Assembly: GCF_006345805.1 (NCBI RefSeq)
Contig: NC_042997.1
Span: 42,160,001 to 42,224,000 of the forward strand
Length of the DNA stretch: 64,000 nucleotides
Source of the DNA: Octopus sinensis
Taxonomy: Eukaryota
Direction of reading: 5' to 3'
Below the pieces are notes generated by a model. It was not told the DNA's origin and searched no databases. It worked only from the letters and a program-made list of their open reading frames with translations. Below, piece after piece: positions 48,051 to 60,700 of the stretch. A program made the translations under genes and the position numbers. Position 1 is the stretch's first letter, and the number at the start of each line of letters is the position of its first letter.

Positions 48051-48381
48051 GCTGAGACCCCCTTCGGTCGTGACTGACCATGGGATTGCACGTAGAACGT
48101 TACCCTCCCAGTCCGGGCAAGGTTGTTTATGGAAGACCAGCAGTCGCCCATGCATATCGGCCTCCCCTCTCCACGCCACCAGTGTTATCCAAGGGAAAGG
48201 CAAGGGCCGATACAGCTTGGCACCAGTGACGTCGCAACTCATTTCTACCGTTGAGTGAACTGGAGCAACGTGAAATAAAGTGTCTTGTTCAAGAACACAA
48301 CACGCAGCCCGGTCCGGGATTCGAACTCACAACCTCACGATCGTAAGCTCGACACTCTAACCACTGAGCCATGCGCCTTCA
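48051..48381 (-). mobile_element. SINE with the same head and CORE-like body as 40238/42159 and a third tail, in (TA)n
   Basis: GAACTGGAGCAACGTGAAATAAAGTGTCTTG..GGATTCGAACTC..GAGCCATGCGCCTTCA; unique tail 48051-48240. Confidence 0.75.
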
Positions 48382-49138
48382 TTATATATAATGTCAAAAC
48401 AAATTTCTGTGTGTCAGTGTGTCATACTTTAAGCCCCTCTCTCACTATTCAGTGACACTTCTATTGTTCCTCGTGATGTGGTGAGAGTAACAGTAGGCAT
48501 AGAGGGCGGTAGTAGATTGACGGTTGTGATGGTAATAGTATGAGCTGTAGTTGTGATAGAGGTAGAGGTGACGGTAATGATGGAGGTGGTGGTCAGTCAA
48601 GGATGGCGGTGATAGTAAGCGATGTGAAAGACAGTGGTGATGATGGTGGAGAGGAAGGCGGCGAAGTCAAAGATATTGATGGTAGTTGCGTCGGAAGTCT
48701 GAATGGTGTGTGTGTGTGGCACTTGTGGTGGCGATGGTTGTGGTACTGCTGATGGTGATGGGCTGAAAACAAACAGAAAGAGAGAGATAGAGAGAGAGAG
48801 AGAAAGAAATAGGTTAGAAAAAATGTACTGACCCCCCCACCCCACCCCGCTCCGAATGGGAAAACAAAAAAATGTTCTTTGTCATGCAGTTTTGCAATAA
48901 GTTCCTAGTCGACAAATTTACCATTGTTCTGATGAAAATTGTTGATTGCTTGAAAAATATTGGTCAAGTTTAATAAAAATTTAATATGTACTCAATGCAT
49001 GCAGTGTCCTTGTTGGGCTCAAGACCCAAAGAAGAGCCCTCCACAAGAGCTAACTTAAAAGCAGCACTATCGAGCGGCTTTTTAGCTAGTATTATATATA
49101 TGTATATTATTATTTCAATATATATATATACATATATA

Positions 49139-49169
<31 letters not shown>

Positions 49170-50803
49170 CATACATACATACATACATCGAATATATAAA
49201 TATATGTATAAAAATTACAAATATGCATATATATACACACATATATATGTATACGTATGTGCTTGCATGTGTGAAGGTGTGCGCAGCTGTATAGTGTACT
49301 GTCTAATATATCAGATTGATTTAGGGTAAGTCCACGGAGAGACCCTACGTATTGCTTCTGTCAGACTTTCATAAATATTTTTGTTACTAATATTTTTTAC
49401 ACTAAGTTATCATTATCATTTTCCGTAAATGACATGAAGTGCCTTTCTAGATGCTCCGACATTCAACAATCACCCCCAATTCCTCTCTTTCATCATACGC
49501 TGAAGAGCATGGTGCTGAAATATGCCTGCCTCTGTTCTCTCTCCTTCAAATGTGCTTCCAGAGAATTGAAGAATGATTTTTAGATAGGGAAGGTGGTAAA
49601 AGACGAGCTTACCGGACGAACTTTATACGTTTTACCGTAGGTAGCAAGGACTGTTGCCTGTCTCTGAAATGTAATACAGTAAAATATGCCACGTTTGATA
49701 TTTGGCGTTCCCTACATTCAGAATGGCATACAGACATGAGTGAGAAGTGTTGTATAGGTAGTTGTGTAGATTTATGGGAATAAAATGACTAAGCAATGTC
49801 TCTAGGTCAAAAGAATGTTAAATCGTTGGTCCCGATAACTAACATAGCTCACCTTCACCCCCTACATCGATATAGATTTTTTTTTCTGACTGAATCACAT
49901 AGTTTGCTGGTGATAAGACTTATTTATAACCTCTTAGCCATAACTACATTGCTGAAGTTATTTATTTTATTTTAGATAAGATTTATGGCTAGATGTGTGT
50001 GTAATTAAAACGTTCATGTTGAAGATCTTCCCCGACATTTTTATTGCGCTTACAAATATTCTCTGCTGTTCTTAAAGAAACAAAATGATTAACTTGAGTT
50101 TTTTTGGACTCAATTGCGCAATATGTTGTTATCTCTTACATATTTACAAAGCCAACAATATGTGAGAAGAAAATAGTTGGTTATACCAACTCCAGTGCTT
50201 GGCAGTACTAGATGTTTATCGACACCGGAAGGATTAAACGCTAAGTCAATAACTGCGCAATTTCAACTCAGTTCGTAAAGAGCATTGATTTTGTCCGACT
50301 GTTCTTTTTCCAAAATCATTTCCCTAACGTCACACATGGGTGGAGGGGTGAGTATATTTAATCAAATAGTTTCCAGTACTTTACTAGTACTTTGTTTTAA
50401 ACATCCCTAAAAGCATTTTTAAATGAAGAGAAGTTAATGCTTTTAATTTGGTAATTTTGTGGGTTGGGATTCGTAAAGCATATCGACCCCAGCACTAAAT
50501 TGATAGTTTATTTTATCCACCCCGGAAGAATGAAAAGCAAGGCTAACTTTGGCCGGATTTGAACACTGTAATGATTCTGCCAGCTCACAGCCTTATGAAT
50601 AGGCGTAATTAAATAGCATTTTCTAACATAAATCTCAAGATCTCATACAGAAGGGAGGATTGAAAAGGAAGCAGACAAGCTGCCATTTTAAATTAAACTC
50701 ATTTGAAATTTGTCCAAAATCATGGTGAAGGAAGAATTATATGGAATTACCAAATTTTTTTTTTAGCATAAATTTCTCAATATGGAAGGAAGGAATATTT
50801 ATA

Positions 50804-51022
50804 GAACTTTTCTATTATAGGTACAATACCTGAAATTTGTGGGAGGAAAGGGCCAGTCGATTAGATCGATCCCATTACACAACTAGTATTTAATTTATAG
50901 ACCCCGAAAGGATGAAAGGCAAAGTCGACCTCGGCTGAATTTGAACTCAGAACGTAGTGGCAGACGAAATGGCGCTAAGCATTTCGCCCGGCGTGCTAAC
51001 GATTCTGCCAGCTCGCCTCCTT
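50804..51022 (-). mobile_element. Full-length SINE-C (tail 2)
   Basis: 12-bp TSD GGAATATTTATA at 50792-50803 and 51023-51034; head GGCGAGCTGGCAGAATCGTTAGCACGCCGGGCG. Confidence 0.88.
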
Positions 51023-51154
51023 GGAATATTTATACAACACTACAACTATAGACAAAGGCTTCGGAATCTATAGCCATGAAGCACCGAAAATCCAACACTC
51101 TATAGATACATACATACATACATACATACATACATACATACATACATACATACA

Positions 51155-51219
<65 letters not shown>

Positions 51220-51224
51220 GTATA

Positions 51225-51281
<57 letters not shown>

Positions 51282-51489
51282 TATGTGAAATAGAAAGATG
51301 AATAATCTTGTAGTAGATTAATCAAAAGTTTAACCGATACCTTAGTAGCAAAAATCACAGCAGTAAACAGCACGGTTGGAGGTACAACCATCTGGCGTTG
51401 CACCGTGCGTTGGTGCGGATAATTGAAATTAAAACATATGGTGAATTGAAGAAATGGAGCTGAACGCAGATTGAACAGAAATCGTTTTA

Positions 51490-51577
51490 TTTCATCTACA
51501 CGTGTTTCGAAAGGCACAAATTACCAAAATCCGAATGAATAATGGGACCATATTGTGTCTTTCTCTTCAGGAAGAAA
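51490..51577 (-). ncRNA. Type I hammerhead ribozyme motif
   Basis: Minus: TTTCTTC-CTGAAGA-GAAAGACACAA..TTGTGCCTTTC-GAAAC-ACGT-GTA-GATGAAA; 11-bp stem II with one mismatch, palindrome ACACGTGT, GUA triplet. Confidence 0.8.
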
Positions 51578-52000
51578 AAGGAAATCCGTTGAAAAAAACA
51601 AAAACAGAACAGAGGCGGAGCAAAAAAAACAAATCGAACTGTGCTCCTAAGAGCCCATGGCGAAACTTCAATTCACCAATAATGTTTTATATATATATAT
51701 ATATATATAATATATATATATATACACCCACATATAATTTAGAGACGAACCACCATTCCACAACTCAGTCAATGAAGAACCCACCCAACCATGCTCTGAG
51801 ACATACACAATACTAATCTAAAATAACAGTAAGATTAATACAATCCTATAATATATAAGAGCAAATACTTTTAAAATCACAGCGAATACCATACAAAGAA
51901 ACATTCATCTTAAAAAATTAATCTAAAATCAAATAAAGTATAAATTGAACAATAAAAATTAATGCAATAATATAATGCATAAAAGTAAGTCCTTGTACAT

Positions 52001-52120
52001 CGACTACGCGCGTTTCATGGCTGCATTAGGACTATATAAAATCATATAAGAAAACCATATCCAAGTTCATTAGAATGGTGAAAGTATTTTACTCCCCAAA
52101 AACAGTCACTCCTCAGGTCA
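52001..52120 (-). ncRNA. Type I hammerhead ribozyme motif
   Basis: Minus: TGAC-CTGAGGA-GTGACTG..CAGCCAT-GAAAC-GCGC-GTA-GTCG; palindrome ACGCGCGT; stem II closes with a G-U pair. Confidence 0.62.
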
Positions 52121-52379
52121 CATTCCTAAAAAAAACTAAAACTGAAAGTTTAACATACCTCATAATATGATAAAGAATATAAAAAATAATATGATAAAGA
52201 ATATAAAAAATAAGGAATAAAATATATATAAAGAAACAAAACCTGTAATGTAATCCCTAAGTTAAAGACATTAATATTATTAATCATTTTACCGTTCTAA
52301 TGAACTAGGATATGGTTTTCTATTAATAGTGAAACTGTTAAAAGTGAAACTATTATCTCACATTACAATAGAGATGTTA

Positions 52380-52800
52380 TTGTTTCACTTTTGACACATA
52401 ATACTTAAACATTGTAAGAGGTTGCTCCGGGATCGCATTAGGCAAGAAGTTGAAATTTTTGGGCCATGGCGCTCCATGGACCCTAAGTAATGCATGCATA
52501 AAATTTGAATGAAATCGGTTGGCTAGTTCTCGAGTTTAATGATGCACACATACAGATAGACACACACAAACGTGCGCACACACACACATTCTCAGTTTAA
52601 TTCATACTAGCTGGAGTACCCGGCGTTGCCCGGAGCTATTTGTTAAGTATGCTTGTTTTGTTATTAGACCATTCACGGATGTACCTTTGAACTGAATGAA
52701 AGTAATCATAATAGCAGATGTTCCCTGCGTTGTTTGATTTATTTAGCACAGTAGGGAAAAATGTCATACGCCCACACCATTGTCACTGTTTTCCATGGGG
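52380..52800 (-). mobile_element. Helitron-type fragments (3' end CTAG plus hairpin at ~52606-52630)
   Basis: ACTAGCTGGAGTACCCGGCGTTGCCCGG is the same 3' signature as at 9794 and 22866; boundaries approximate. Confidence 0.6.
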
Positions 52801-52819
52801 ACAGTAGGTCGATCTGTAA

Positions 52820-53402
52820 AAAAACGGCAGTAATTTACCATCCTTTGTAAATTTAGTAAAGATAGTAAATTTACTCTTTACTATTTTGAAATAGTAAAGA
52901 GTAAATTTATTCAATAAAATCGCCATTGGCTTCAACCACGGCCTCCAGACGACTTTGGAATCCTCTGCTACTCTTCTGGACGGTCACCTTGTTTAAGTTG
53001 GTGAATGCTACCATAATCCTTGCCTTCAGTTAATCTTTGGTGTTACAAGGAGTTTTGTTGGTCACTCGCTCAACTGCGCCCCAAACATTATAATCAAGGG
53101 GGTTGCAGTCTGGGGAGTTAGGTGGCCAGGTGTTAGGGGTGATAGCCTCAGATTGCACTGTCCTCAGATTGATACCCAAACCAACTGAAATGTTCGTATT
53201 GGAGCTTCTGGCACGAAGGTCAAGCAGTACAGCATGTCGTTTCTAAATTTCTGGCGGAGTAAATTGTGGCATAGTGCTGTTTTCTCACAGACGGTGCCCA
53301 ACTGACCCTATTATACTGTGTAGACGATAAAATAAAATAAAAACAATGCGCATGCGCGAAATTAAAAATATAAAACGGCAACAATTTACCCATCGAACCC
53401 TG
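52820..53402 (-). mobile_element. Internally deleted Tc1/maT-type transposon
   Basis: Terminus TA|CAGGGTTCGATGGGTAAATTG at 53402; N-terminus MPQFTPPEI*KRHAVLL; C-terminus TWPPNSPDCNPLDYNVWG...RLEAVVEANGDFIE* (53143->52907). Confidence 0.78.
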
Positions 53403-53444
53403 TATATATGTATATGTGTGTGTGTGTACATATTATCATATATA

Positions 53445-54023
53445 TATATATATACTCTTACTCTTACTCTTTTACTTGTTTCAGTCATTTGACTGCGGCC
53501 ATGCTGGAGCACCGCCTTTAGTCGAGCAAATCGACCCCAGGACTTATTCTTTGTAAGCCTAGTACTTATTCTATCGGTCTTTTTTGCCAAACCGTTAAGG
53601 TACAGGGACGCAAACACACCAGCATCGGTTGTCAAGCGATGTTGGGGGAACAAACACAGACACACAAACACACATATATATATATACATATACACGACAG
53701 GCTTTCAGTTTCCGTCTACCAAATCCACTCACAAGGCTTTGGTCAGCCCGAGTTTATAGTAGAAGACACTTGCTCAAAATGCCACGCAGTGGGACTGAAC
53801 CCAGAACCATGTGGTTGGTAAGCAAGTACTTACCACACAGCCACTCCTGCGCCTATTGTACATATAACAATATATATATTATCGGGAGTGGTTGCATGGT
53901 TAGTAGCGTGCTTACCAACCACATGGTTCCGGGTTCAGTTCTACAGCGTGGCACCTTGGACAAGTGTCTTCTACGATAGCCTTGTGAGTGGATTTGGTAG
54001 ATGGAAACTGAAAGAAACCCGTC

Positions 54024-54063
<40 letters not shown>

Positions 54064-54228
54064 GATGCAGGTATTTTTACGTTCCCGTAAATTAGCGGTT
54101 CGGCAAAAAAGACCGATAGAATAAGTACTAGTATTACAAAGAATAAGTCCTGGGGCCGATTTGTTTGTCTACAAGGCGGTACTCCAGCATGGCCGCAGTG
54201 AAATGACTAAAACAAATGAATAAAAGGA
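53445..54228. mobile_element. Head-to-head pair of SINE-B copies (53445-53853 minus; 53885-54228 plus)
   Basis: Both match the B consensus. Confidence 0.85.
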
Positions 54229-54234
54229 TATATA

Positions 54235-55492
54235 CCGTAAATCCACGAGTATAATCCGCCCTTGAGTATAATATGCAGGGGATTTTTAGGGGGCTGTACC
54301 TCTGAAAAGCCTAAACTTTGTGTATAATACGCTCCCCGTCACTAACTTGAGTCAAGGAGGTCTATATAACGTCCTTGGTTTGTAAAAATGTATACAGTAA
54401 CGTCCTTTCTTATTATTGTATATATAACATAATGCAAACGTGTAGCTTTTTTGTATATTTTGTTTGCAGGAAATAAAGAAATAACAATAATAATGTCAGT
54501 GAAAAATAAATATTAAGTAAATTGCCTTTACTTATATATCACTGGGAAGCACTCCGTCGTTACGACGATGAGTTCCGATTGATCGAATCACGGAACAGCT
54601 CTCATGAAATTAACGTGTAAGTGGCTGAGCACTCCACAGAAACGTGCACCCTTAACGTATTCTCGGGGATTTCAGCGTGACACAGAGAGTGACAAGGCCG
54701 GCCCTTTGAAATCAGGTACAACAGAAACAGGAGTAAGAGTGAGAGAAAGTTGTGGTGAAAGAGTACAGCAGGGATCACCACCATCCCTGCCGGACCCTCG
54801 TGAGCTTTAGGTGTTTTCGCTCAATAAACACTCACAACGCCCGTCTTGGAATCGAAACCGCGATCCTATTGACCGCGCGTCCGCTGCCCTAACCACGGGG
54901 CCATTGCGCCTCCCCTACATATTTATCACTATCAGTTGCAAAATCAAAAGCAAAATCATTTATTCAAATCCTTCAAATTCAACGTCACTTTCAGCATCAA
55001 ATAACTGTTCCATTTGTTCCTCCGTAAACATGTCAGCATCATTGCAGTGTAGATCTCCGTCATTGTTAGATTCATAGTCAACATCAAAAGATTCCTAAGT
55101 ACCATCCAGTGCAGACAATATACAACATTTGATAAAACTTTTCACAATAATCTGAGGATCAAGTTCATTCCATACATACACGATCTATTTGCATATCAAA
55201 GTCAGGTCGGGAGCGCGAAGCCTTCCACCTTTAGTAAACGACTTTTCTCCAGTCAACATCCATTCAGTCCATAAATCACTTTATGACTTCATTGCTTTCA
55301 GGCTTAGCTTAAAGGTATTTTCGCGCCCGACATCACAAAATGCGTCTGAATAAACATTGCCGGACAGCAAATAGAGACTCGGACATTACTTAGAAAATAT
55401 TTTTCATTTTTAACCTAGTATATAGTACCCACTAGGGATTTTGACCTTTAAATTTTGGGGGAAAAATGCAGATTATACTCGAGGATTTACGG
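54235..55492 (-). mobile_element. pogo-type DNA transposon, internally deleted
   Basis: TIRs TA|CCGTAAATCCACGAGTATAAT and ATTATACTCGAGGATTTACGG|TA; DDE C-terminal remnant LWTEWMLTGEKSFTKGGRLRAP..WNELDPQIIVKSFIKCCI on minus at ~55100-55290. Confidence 0.85.
54544..54915 (-). mobile_element. SINE family A (many small indels) inside the pogo element
   Basis: Approximate 15-bp TSD TACTTATATATCACT (54529) and TACATATTTATCACT (54916). Confidence 0.85.
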
Positions 55493-55499
55493 TATATAT

Positions 55500-55665
55500 T
55501 CTCTCTCTGTTAATTATCTCGTGTTCCTTTCTGTTGAAGAGCGTAGGCACGAAACGTAAAAGATCTTCTTACCCTCCTGATCTAAAACTAATATACAGTT
55601 TGTGTTTACACACCTGTCTTCGTCTGTTGCTTTTTTTTAAATTCCAACTATGTATACTATTAATA
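55500..55665 (+). mobile_element. Penelope-like terminal repeat
   Basis: TTGAAGAGCGTAGGCACGAAACGT at 55534-55557; runs into (TA)n. Confidence 0.62.
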
Positions 55666-55701
55666 TTATATATAATATATATAATATAATATATATAATT
55701 A

Positions 55702-57134
55702 CAGTGATGCAGTACGAATTTAATTCGTTCCATGACCGTGCTCGTTTTACAAATCAATTTTCCCCACTGAAATTAATTAAAATATAATTAATCCATTCCT
55801 GCCCCTCCCCCAAACCACCCCAAAATAATTTTTTATGAGTTTTCAAGCAGAAAAAGTGCATTTACAAGGAAAATGGCAATTATAAAAGCATGAGAATGCA
55901 AAAGAAATATGTAAACTGGTTTTATTAATTGAAATACCTTAAAGATGAGACGAAGTGTGCGCGAGGAAGATGGTGCAGCGGAGAGGAGGGTTACTACCAT
56001 TAACATTTCAAGAAGAACAATTTCTGGCGTTTTCTCTCTCACTTCGCTTAATTTAGGATTTTGGGGCACACTTTCTTCACTTTTTAGACTTGCAGGTCGT
56101 TTCATTGGAAACATATCTAGAGAAGTGTGGAGGCGCAATGGCCCAGTGGTTAGGGCAGCGGACTCGCGGTCATAGGATCGCGGTTTCGATTCCCAGACCG
56201 GGCGTTGTGAGTGTTTATTGAGCGAAAACACCTAAAGCTCCACGAGGCTCCGGCAGGGGATGGTGGTGATCCCTGCTATACTCTTTCACCACAACTTTCT
56301 CTCACTCTTACTTCCTGTTTCTGTTGTACCTGTATTTCAAGGGGCCGGCCTTGTCACTCTCTGTGTCACGCTGAATATCTCCGAGAACTACGTTAAGGGT
56401 ACACGTGTCTGTGGAGTGCTCAGCCACTTACACGTTAATTTCACGAGCAGGCTGTTCCGTTGATTCGGATCAACCGGAACCCTCGTCGTCGTAACCGACG
56501 GAGTGCTTCCATCCATCTAGAGAAGTCTGCTTTTTCCTGCCTTTCAAAATGTACGAAAATGCGCCAGAACTGTGTCATTTAAATAAAGCAGCTTCACGGC
56601 CTGTAGATACTTTTTCAGGATGATATTTTTCTACAAATTCAGAAACATACTGCCACTTTGCCAACTCTCCTTTTATGTCACTTGTAGAGATAGCTTTTTA
56701 CGCTACACTGTCTACCAATCTCTTCCACCGCAGCCGAAAGCTGTTGCCCCGGAAGCTGCAGGAGTTCATCTGTCGTCACCTCCTCTGAGTGTTCTTCGAT
56801 GAAATCGTTAATGTCCCCATCGTCAACCTCGAGTCCGATAGACTTGCCAAGAGACACTATCTCCTCGACTACAGGTGTCTCAGACTCAAACCCCTCCAAC
56901 TCTCTTTCTGATACGCAGTCAGGTCACAGTTTCCTCCATGCAGAATTCAGTGTTCTTCTCTTTACACCTTACCAAGCCATATCGATGATTTTTCAGGCAG
57001 TTTACAATGTTGTAGTACTTTTTCCAAAACTCACGAATGGTTAGATTTGTATTTTCGGTGATTTCAAAGCGTGGATGAAACAGGTGGTTGGTGCACAATT
57101 TCTTGAAATTAGGAAACACCTGTTGGTCCATGGG
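55702..57134 (-). mobile_element. Tigger (pogo) transposon, 3' half with transposase C-terminus
   Basis: PMDQQVFPNFKKL, LTIREFWKKYYNIVNCLK, EGFESETPVVEEIVSLGKSIGLEVDD, HFR..KQTSLD(M); terminus TA|CAGTG at 55702. Confidence 0.88.
56127..56514 (+). mobile_element. SINE family A inserted in the Tigger ORF
   Basis: 12-bp TSD ATCTAGAGAAGT at 56115-56126 and 56515-56526. Confidence 0.93.
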
Positions 57135-57725
57135 CTATCACCCACGCCTCATTCAAGATCAAAGCGGGTGCCGTGTAGGCGTCGCCCGGCCACAAGCAAT
57201 ATTCCTCATTGAGTCTCTGCAGCCTACGCATCACGGGCAACGTTATGACCTCCACAGCTATCTGTGTGCAGGCTAAAGGTACTCCCTTATGGTGCTTTTC
57301 CACCACCTTTTCTACCTCTCCACCTCTATAGAAGAAGACCAATATTTCGTCTTCCTCCGGGGGCGGGATAGTCAATCCTACCGTTGGCGGCACAATTCCC
57401 GCCAACAGTGTCTCTTCCCCTGCCGGTGGCACAACCCCTACTGACGAGGTTCCGAGACATTCCGGTACTATGTCACCGACTGCCGGCAATATCCCGTTTC
57501 TCTTCCTATTTTATTTTATTTTCAACTGAGGGAGGGTGCGTCTCCTCCGTGACCGGGAGATTCGCCCCCCTCCCTCATCCCTAGGATCTTTCGGTGAGTA
57601 CCCATTGTTGCTCACCTTCTTCCTCTTGCGGTCCTTCTTTGAGGAGGCCTCCGCCTCCTCGGCCGCCTTCGTTCCCTCTTCTACAGCCGTCTCAACCAAC
57701 TGTTCCAGGATTTGACTTTGACCAT
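57135..57725 (-). other. Unassigned GC-rich coding-like fragment between Penelope and Tigger
   Basis: Nearly open minus frame: E/K/R-rich stretch, P-rich linker, then ILVFFYRGGEVEKVVEKHHKGVPLAC...LNEEYCLWPGDAY. Confidence 0.3.
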
Positions 57726-60040
57726 AGCAACGGTCTGATAGTACATTTCCAGTCTGACCTACATATAGTTCTTCACAATTCGGGCATTTGATGCAGTAAA
57801 TTAAATTTCTGCATTTGCAGTTCATATTCGCGTTTCTGAATATTTTTCCGGTATTCGTGTTCTTATATTGGCCGGTATGTATGAATTGGCATGTGCAACA
57901 TCGGTTATCATTGCATTTAGATACAGTGAATGATTGGTCTTTGTTGCTAAGGTCAAACTTTGCCTTTGTTAATAATTTTTTCAAGCTTTTAGCCTGTCTT
58001 TTACTAAGAACCATGGCTCGATCTGTGATTATATCTTTTAATTCATTATTTTGAGCAATGATTGGTAGGTTTTCTTTAGCAATGTTGAAGATATTCTGGT
58101 GACTTGGGTTGTGCGTCACAATAAATGGTATGACTTGTTCCTGTTTTCTTCTTCTTTCCGTTGTCCTCAGTTGTTGTGTGGGTATTTTTATAGCCCGCTG
58201 TATGCCATTTTCTATAAGTAGAGACGGGTATTTTTGCTCATACCCGTCTCTACTTATAGAAAATGGTTTGAGCAAAAATTCTCTTAGTTCTGTTAGGCGT
58301 TTGTGCCTGATATTTGCATCTTCTACAATGGTACAAACTCTTCTGGCTAGGCAGTATGGGATGTTGCATTTTGTATGTGGTGGATGTCACGACTTAAAAT
58401 TCAGGCATTGGTGTGTATCCGTGTGTTTGTAGTACATATCTGTGGTAATGGTGGTGTACTTTTTAATTACCATTATATCTAAGAATGGTAATTTGGTACT
58501 ACTCATCAGCTTGGAGAGATGGGTGTAGGTTGTTCAGGAGGATATTGAACTCTTCCAGAGTATTTAGAGATTCTGTCCAGATTATGAAACAATCGTCAAG
58601 GCATATCTTCCATGCCTTTTCAGTATAATTTCTAAATCCAGTGCTATAGTTTTCCTCTATTTATTGGTAGGTTTGTTGTTCTAGATATCCCATTACAGAA
58701 TTCGCATAAATGGGAGCAAACCTCGTTCCCATCGCCGTGCCTTTAATTTGGATGTAATTCTTTCCATTGAAGAAGAAGGTGTTGTTTTCCAGACTAAGTT
58801 TGACTGTGTCTAATATAAATGGAACTGTGAATCTGTTGAGGATCACTTCTCTATATTTTTCTACCCAGCATCTAATCGCCTTTATTCCTAAATCATGTGG
58901 AATATTGGTGTTAAGGCTTACCACATCAAAACTAAGTAGAAGTGAATTTATTTCAGTTGTTTTGGGAAGATGCGACAGGAAGTCGAAGTCATCCCAGATG
59001 AAACTGGTTATGTAGGTTCATAGTGGTTTCAAAACAATGTCAATAATATTGCTTGGACAGTGGATAGGGAATGCTGGACCAGCTTCAATCGGCCTATGTT
59101 TTAGGTCTTTTGGATGCAGTAATTTTATGTACTCACTTTCTTGTTCTTTTACTGCATGCTGAATATCTTTTGATTTATGTATCTTGGGTAAACCGAAAGT
59201 TAGAAGTTGCTTGGTTTTGCTCGAAATTGGTGATGTAGTCTCTTTCGTTATCGGTAAGTGAGTTGTGGGTGTTTTGAAACAAGGTTGTTGATCTTCTTCA
59301 TGATGGGGTGTTTTATATTTGTAGGAATTTCACAATAGGAAGTTGTGTCCTTCAGTTGGTCTTCAACCAAATCCTTATGCTATTTTGCATCCATAATAGC
59401 AATTGCACCCACTTTATCTGCTTGTTTAATTATTATTATTCTTGTTTGATCGTTTTGTATACGTTTAAGTGCAGACATTTCGGATTTATTAATGTTTGGC
59501 CTAACATTACTATTGTGTCTAAGAGGGAATTTTGACAGGATATCAATGTATTGGTCAAGATAGCTGTTTCTTCCTTTTGGTGGGCTGAAATTTGATTTAT
59601 TCTTTACTAGTATCATTACTTTTATTAGTGAAGAATTATCGTAACTTACGACAGAATTTCTGGATATCCTCCTTTAGTTCTTAGTGGTTGGCTGATGGTG
59701 TAGGTGTGAATTTCAGTCCTTTTGACAGAAGTTGGATTTCATCATTGTCAAGATCTCTTTTTGATAAATTAATTATTTTAGGATCTATACGTTCAGTTGT
59801 TTTGGGTATGTTTCCTCTTGGACTTTTTCTTTCTCCGGTGTTTGTTGTCCTGACGTTATAAAACGGATGTCCTCTGTTTTTAATTTATGTTCCTGTTGAT
59901 GTTTGCTTGATGGACTTTGCGTTTTTGGCTGTGGCATTTTACTTGGTTTCGTTATGTTTTCTCTCCTGGTTTTGGTATTATGTATATTATTTTTCAATTC
60001 CTTGTTAGTATTCTTTTTAATAACCTGGGGAATATAATCT
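57725..60040 (-). mobile_element. Penelope-like retroelement (Neptune-type), decayed RT and GIY-YIG
   Basis: IKQADKVGAIAIMD, TNIPHDLGIKAI, NNTFFFNGKNYIQIKGTAMGTRFAPIYAN, Cys linker KCNDNRCCTC, NLIYCIKCPNCEELYVGQTG; truncated at ~57725. Confidence 0.88.
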
Positions 60041-60128
60041 AGGTATATGTATATATATATGTATATATACATATTGTGTGTGTGTGTGTGAGTGTGTGTA
60101 TGTATGTATTTTTGTATGTATACATATG

Positions 60129-60201
<73 letters not shown>

Positions 60202-60469
60202 TTGTGAGTGTGTGTATGCGTGCGTGTCTGTGTGTGAATATGTATGTATGCATGTAGTACATACATACATTCACACACACTTTTATAAGAAAAGTGGTGA
60301 CAGTTTCTTCGAAATTTCGGTTTGCTGTCCTTCATTGGACAGTTCGAAGTCACTGTCATCGCTTTTTTTATAAAGGTAATATAAATACGTAATCTACAGA
60401 AGGTATTGAATAATCCTTCAGTTCAATGCTAAATTATTTCTATCATAACTCGACATAAGGTGATGAGAC

Positions 60470-60700
60470 GTGTTAGCAAAGGCAGCGAGTTACAGAATCT
60501 TTAGCACGCCAGAGAAAAAGTGCTTAGCGGCATTCCTTTTGGGTTTAAGTTCTGAGTTCCAATTCCACCAAGGTCAACTTTGTCTTTCAAACTTTTACGG
60601 TCGATAAAATGAGTACCAGTTGAGCTCTTGGGTCGATGGTATCGACTAGCCCCAGCCTCCAAAATTTCAGCCCTTGTGCCTACTGTAGAAAAGATTTTTA
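60470..60700 (+). mobile_element. Degenerate SINE-C (tail 2)
   Basis: GGCAGCGAGTTACAGAATC..CTGAGTTC..GGTCGATAAAATGAGTACCAG..CCTTGTGCCTACTGTAGAAAAGATT. Confidence 0.72.

Noticed and set aside
49495-49530. Hammerhead-like CTGAAGA-GCATGGTGCT-GAAAT
   Set aside because: Stem III, the NUH triplet and stem I are not formed; at most a decayed relic
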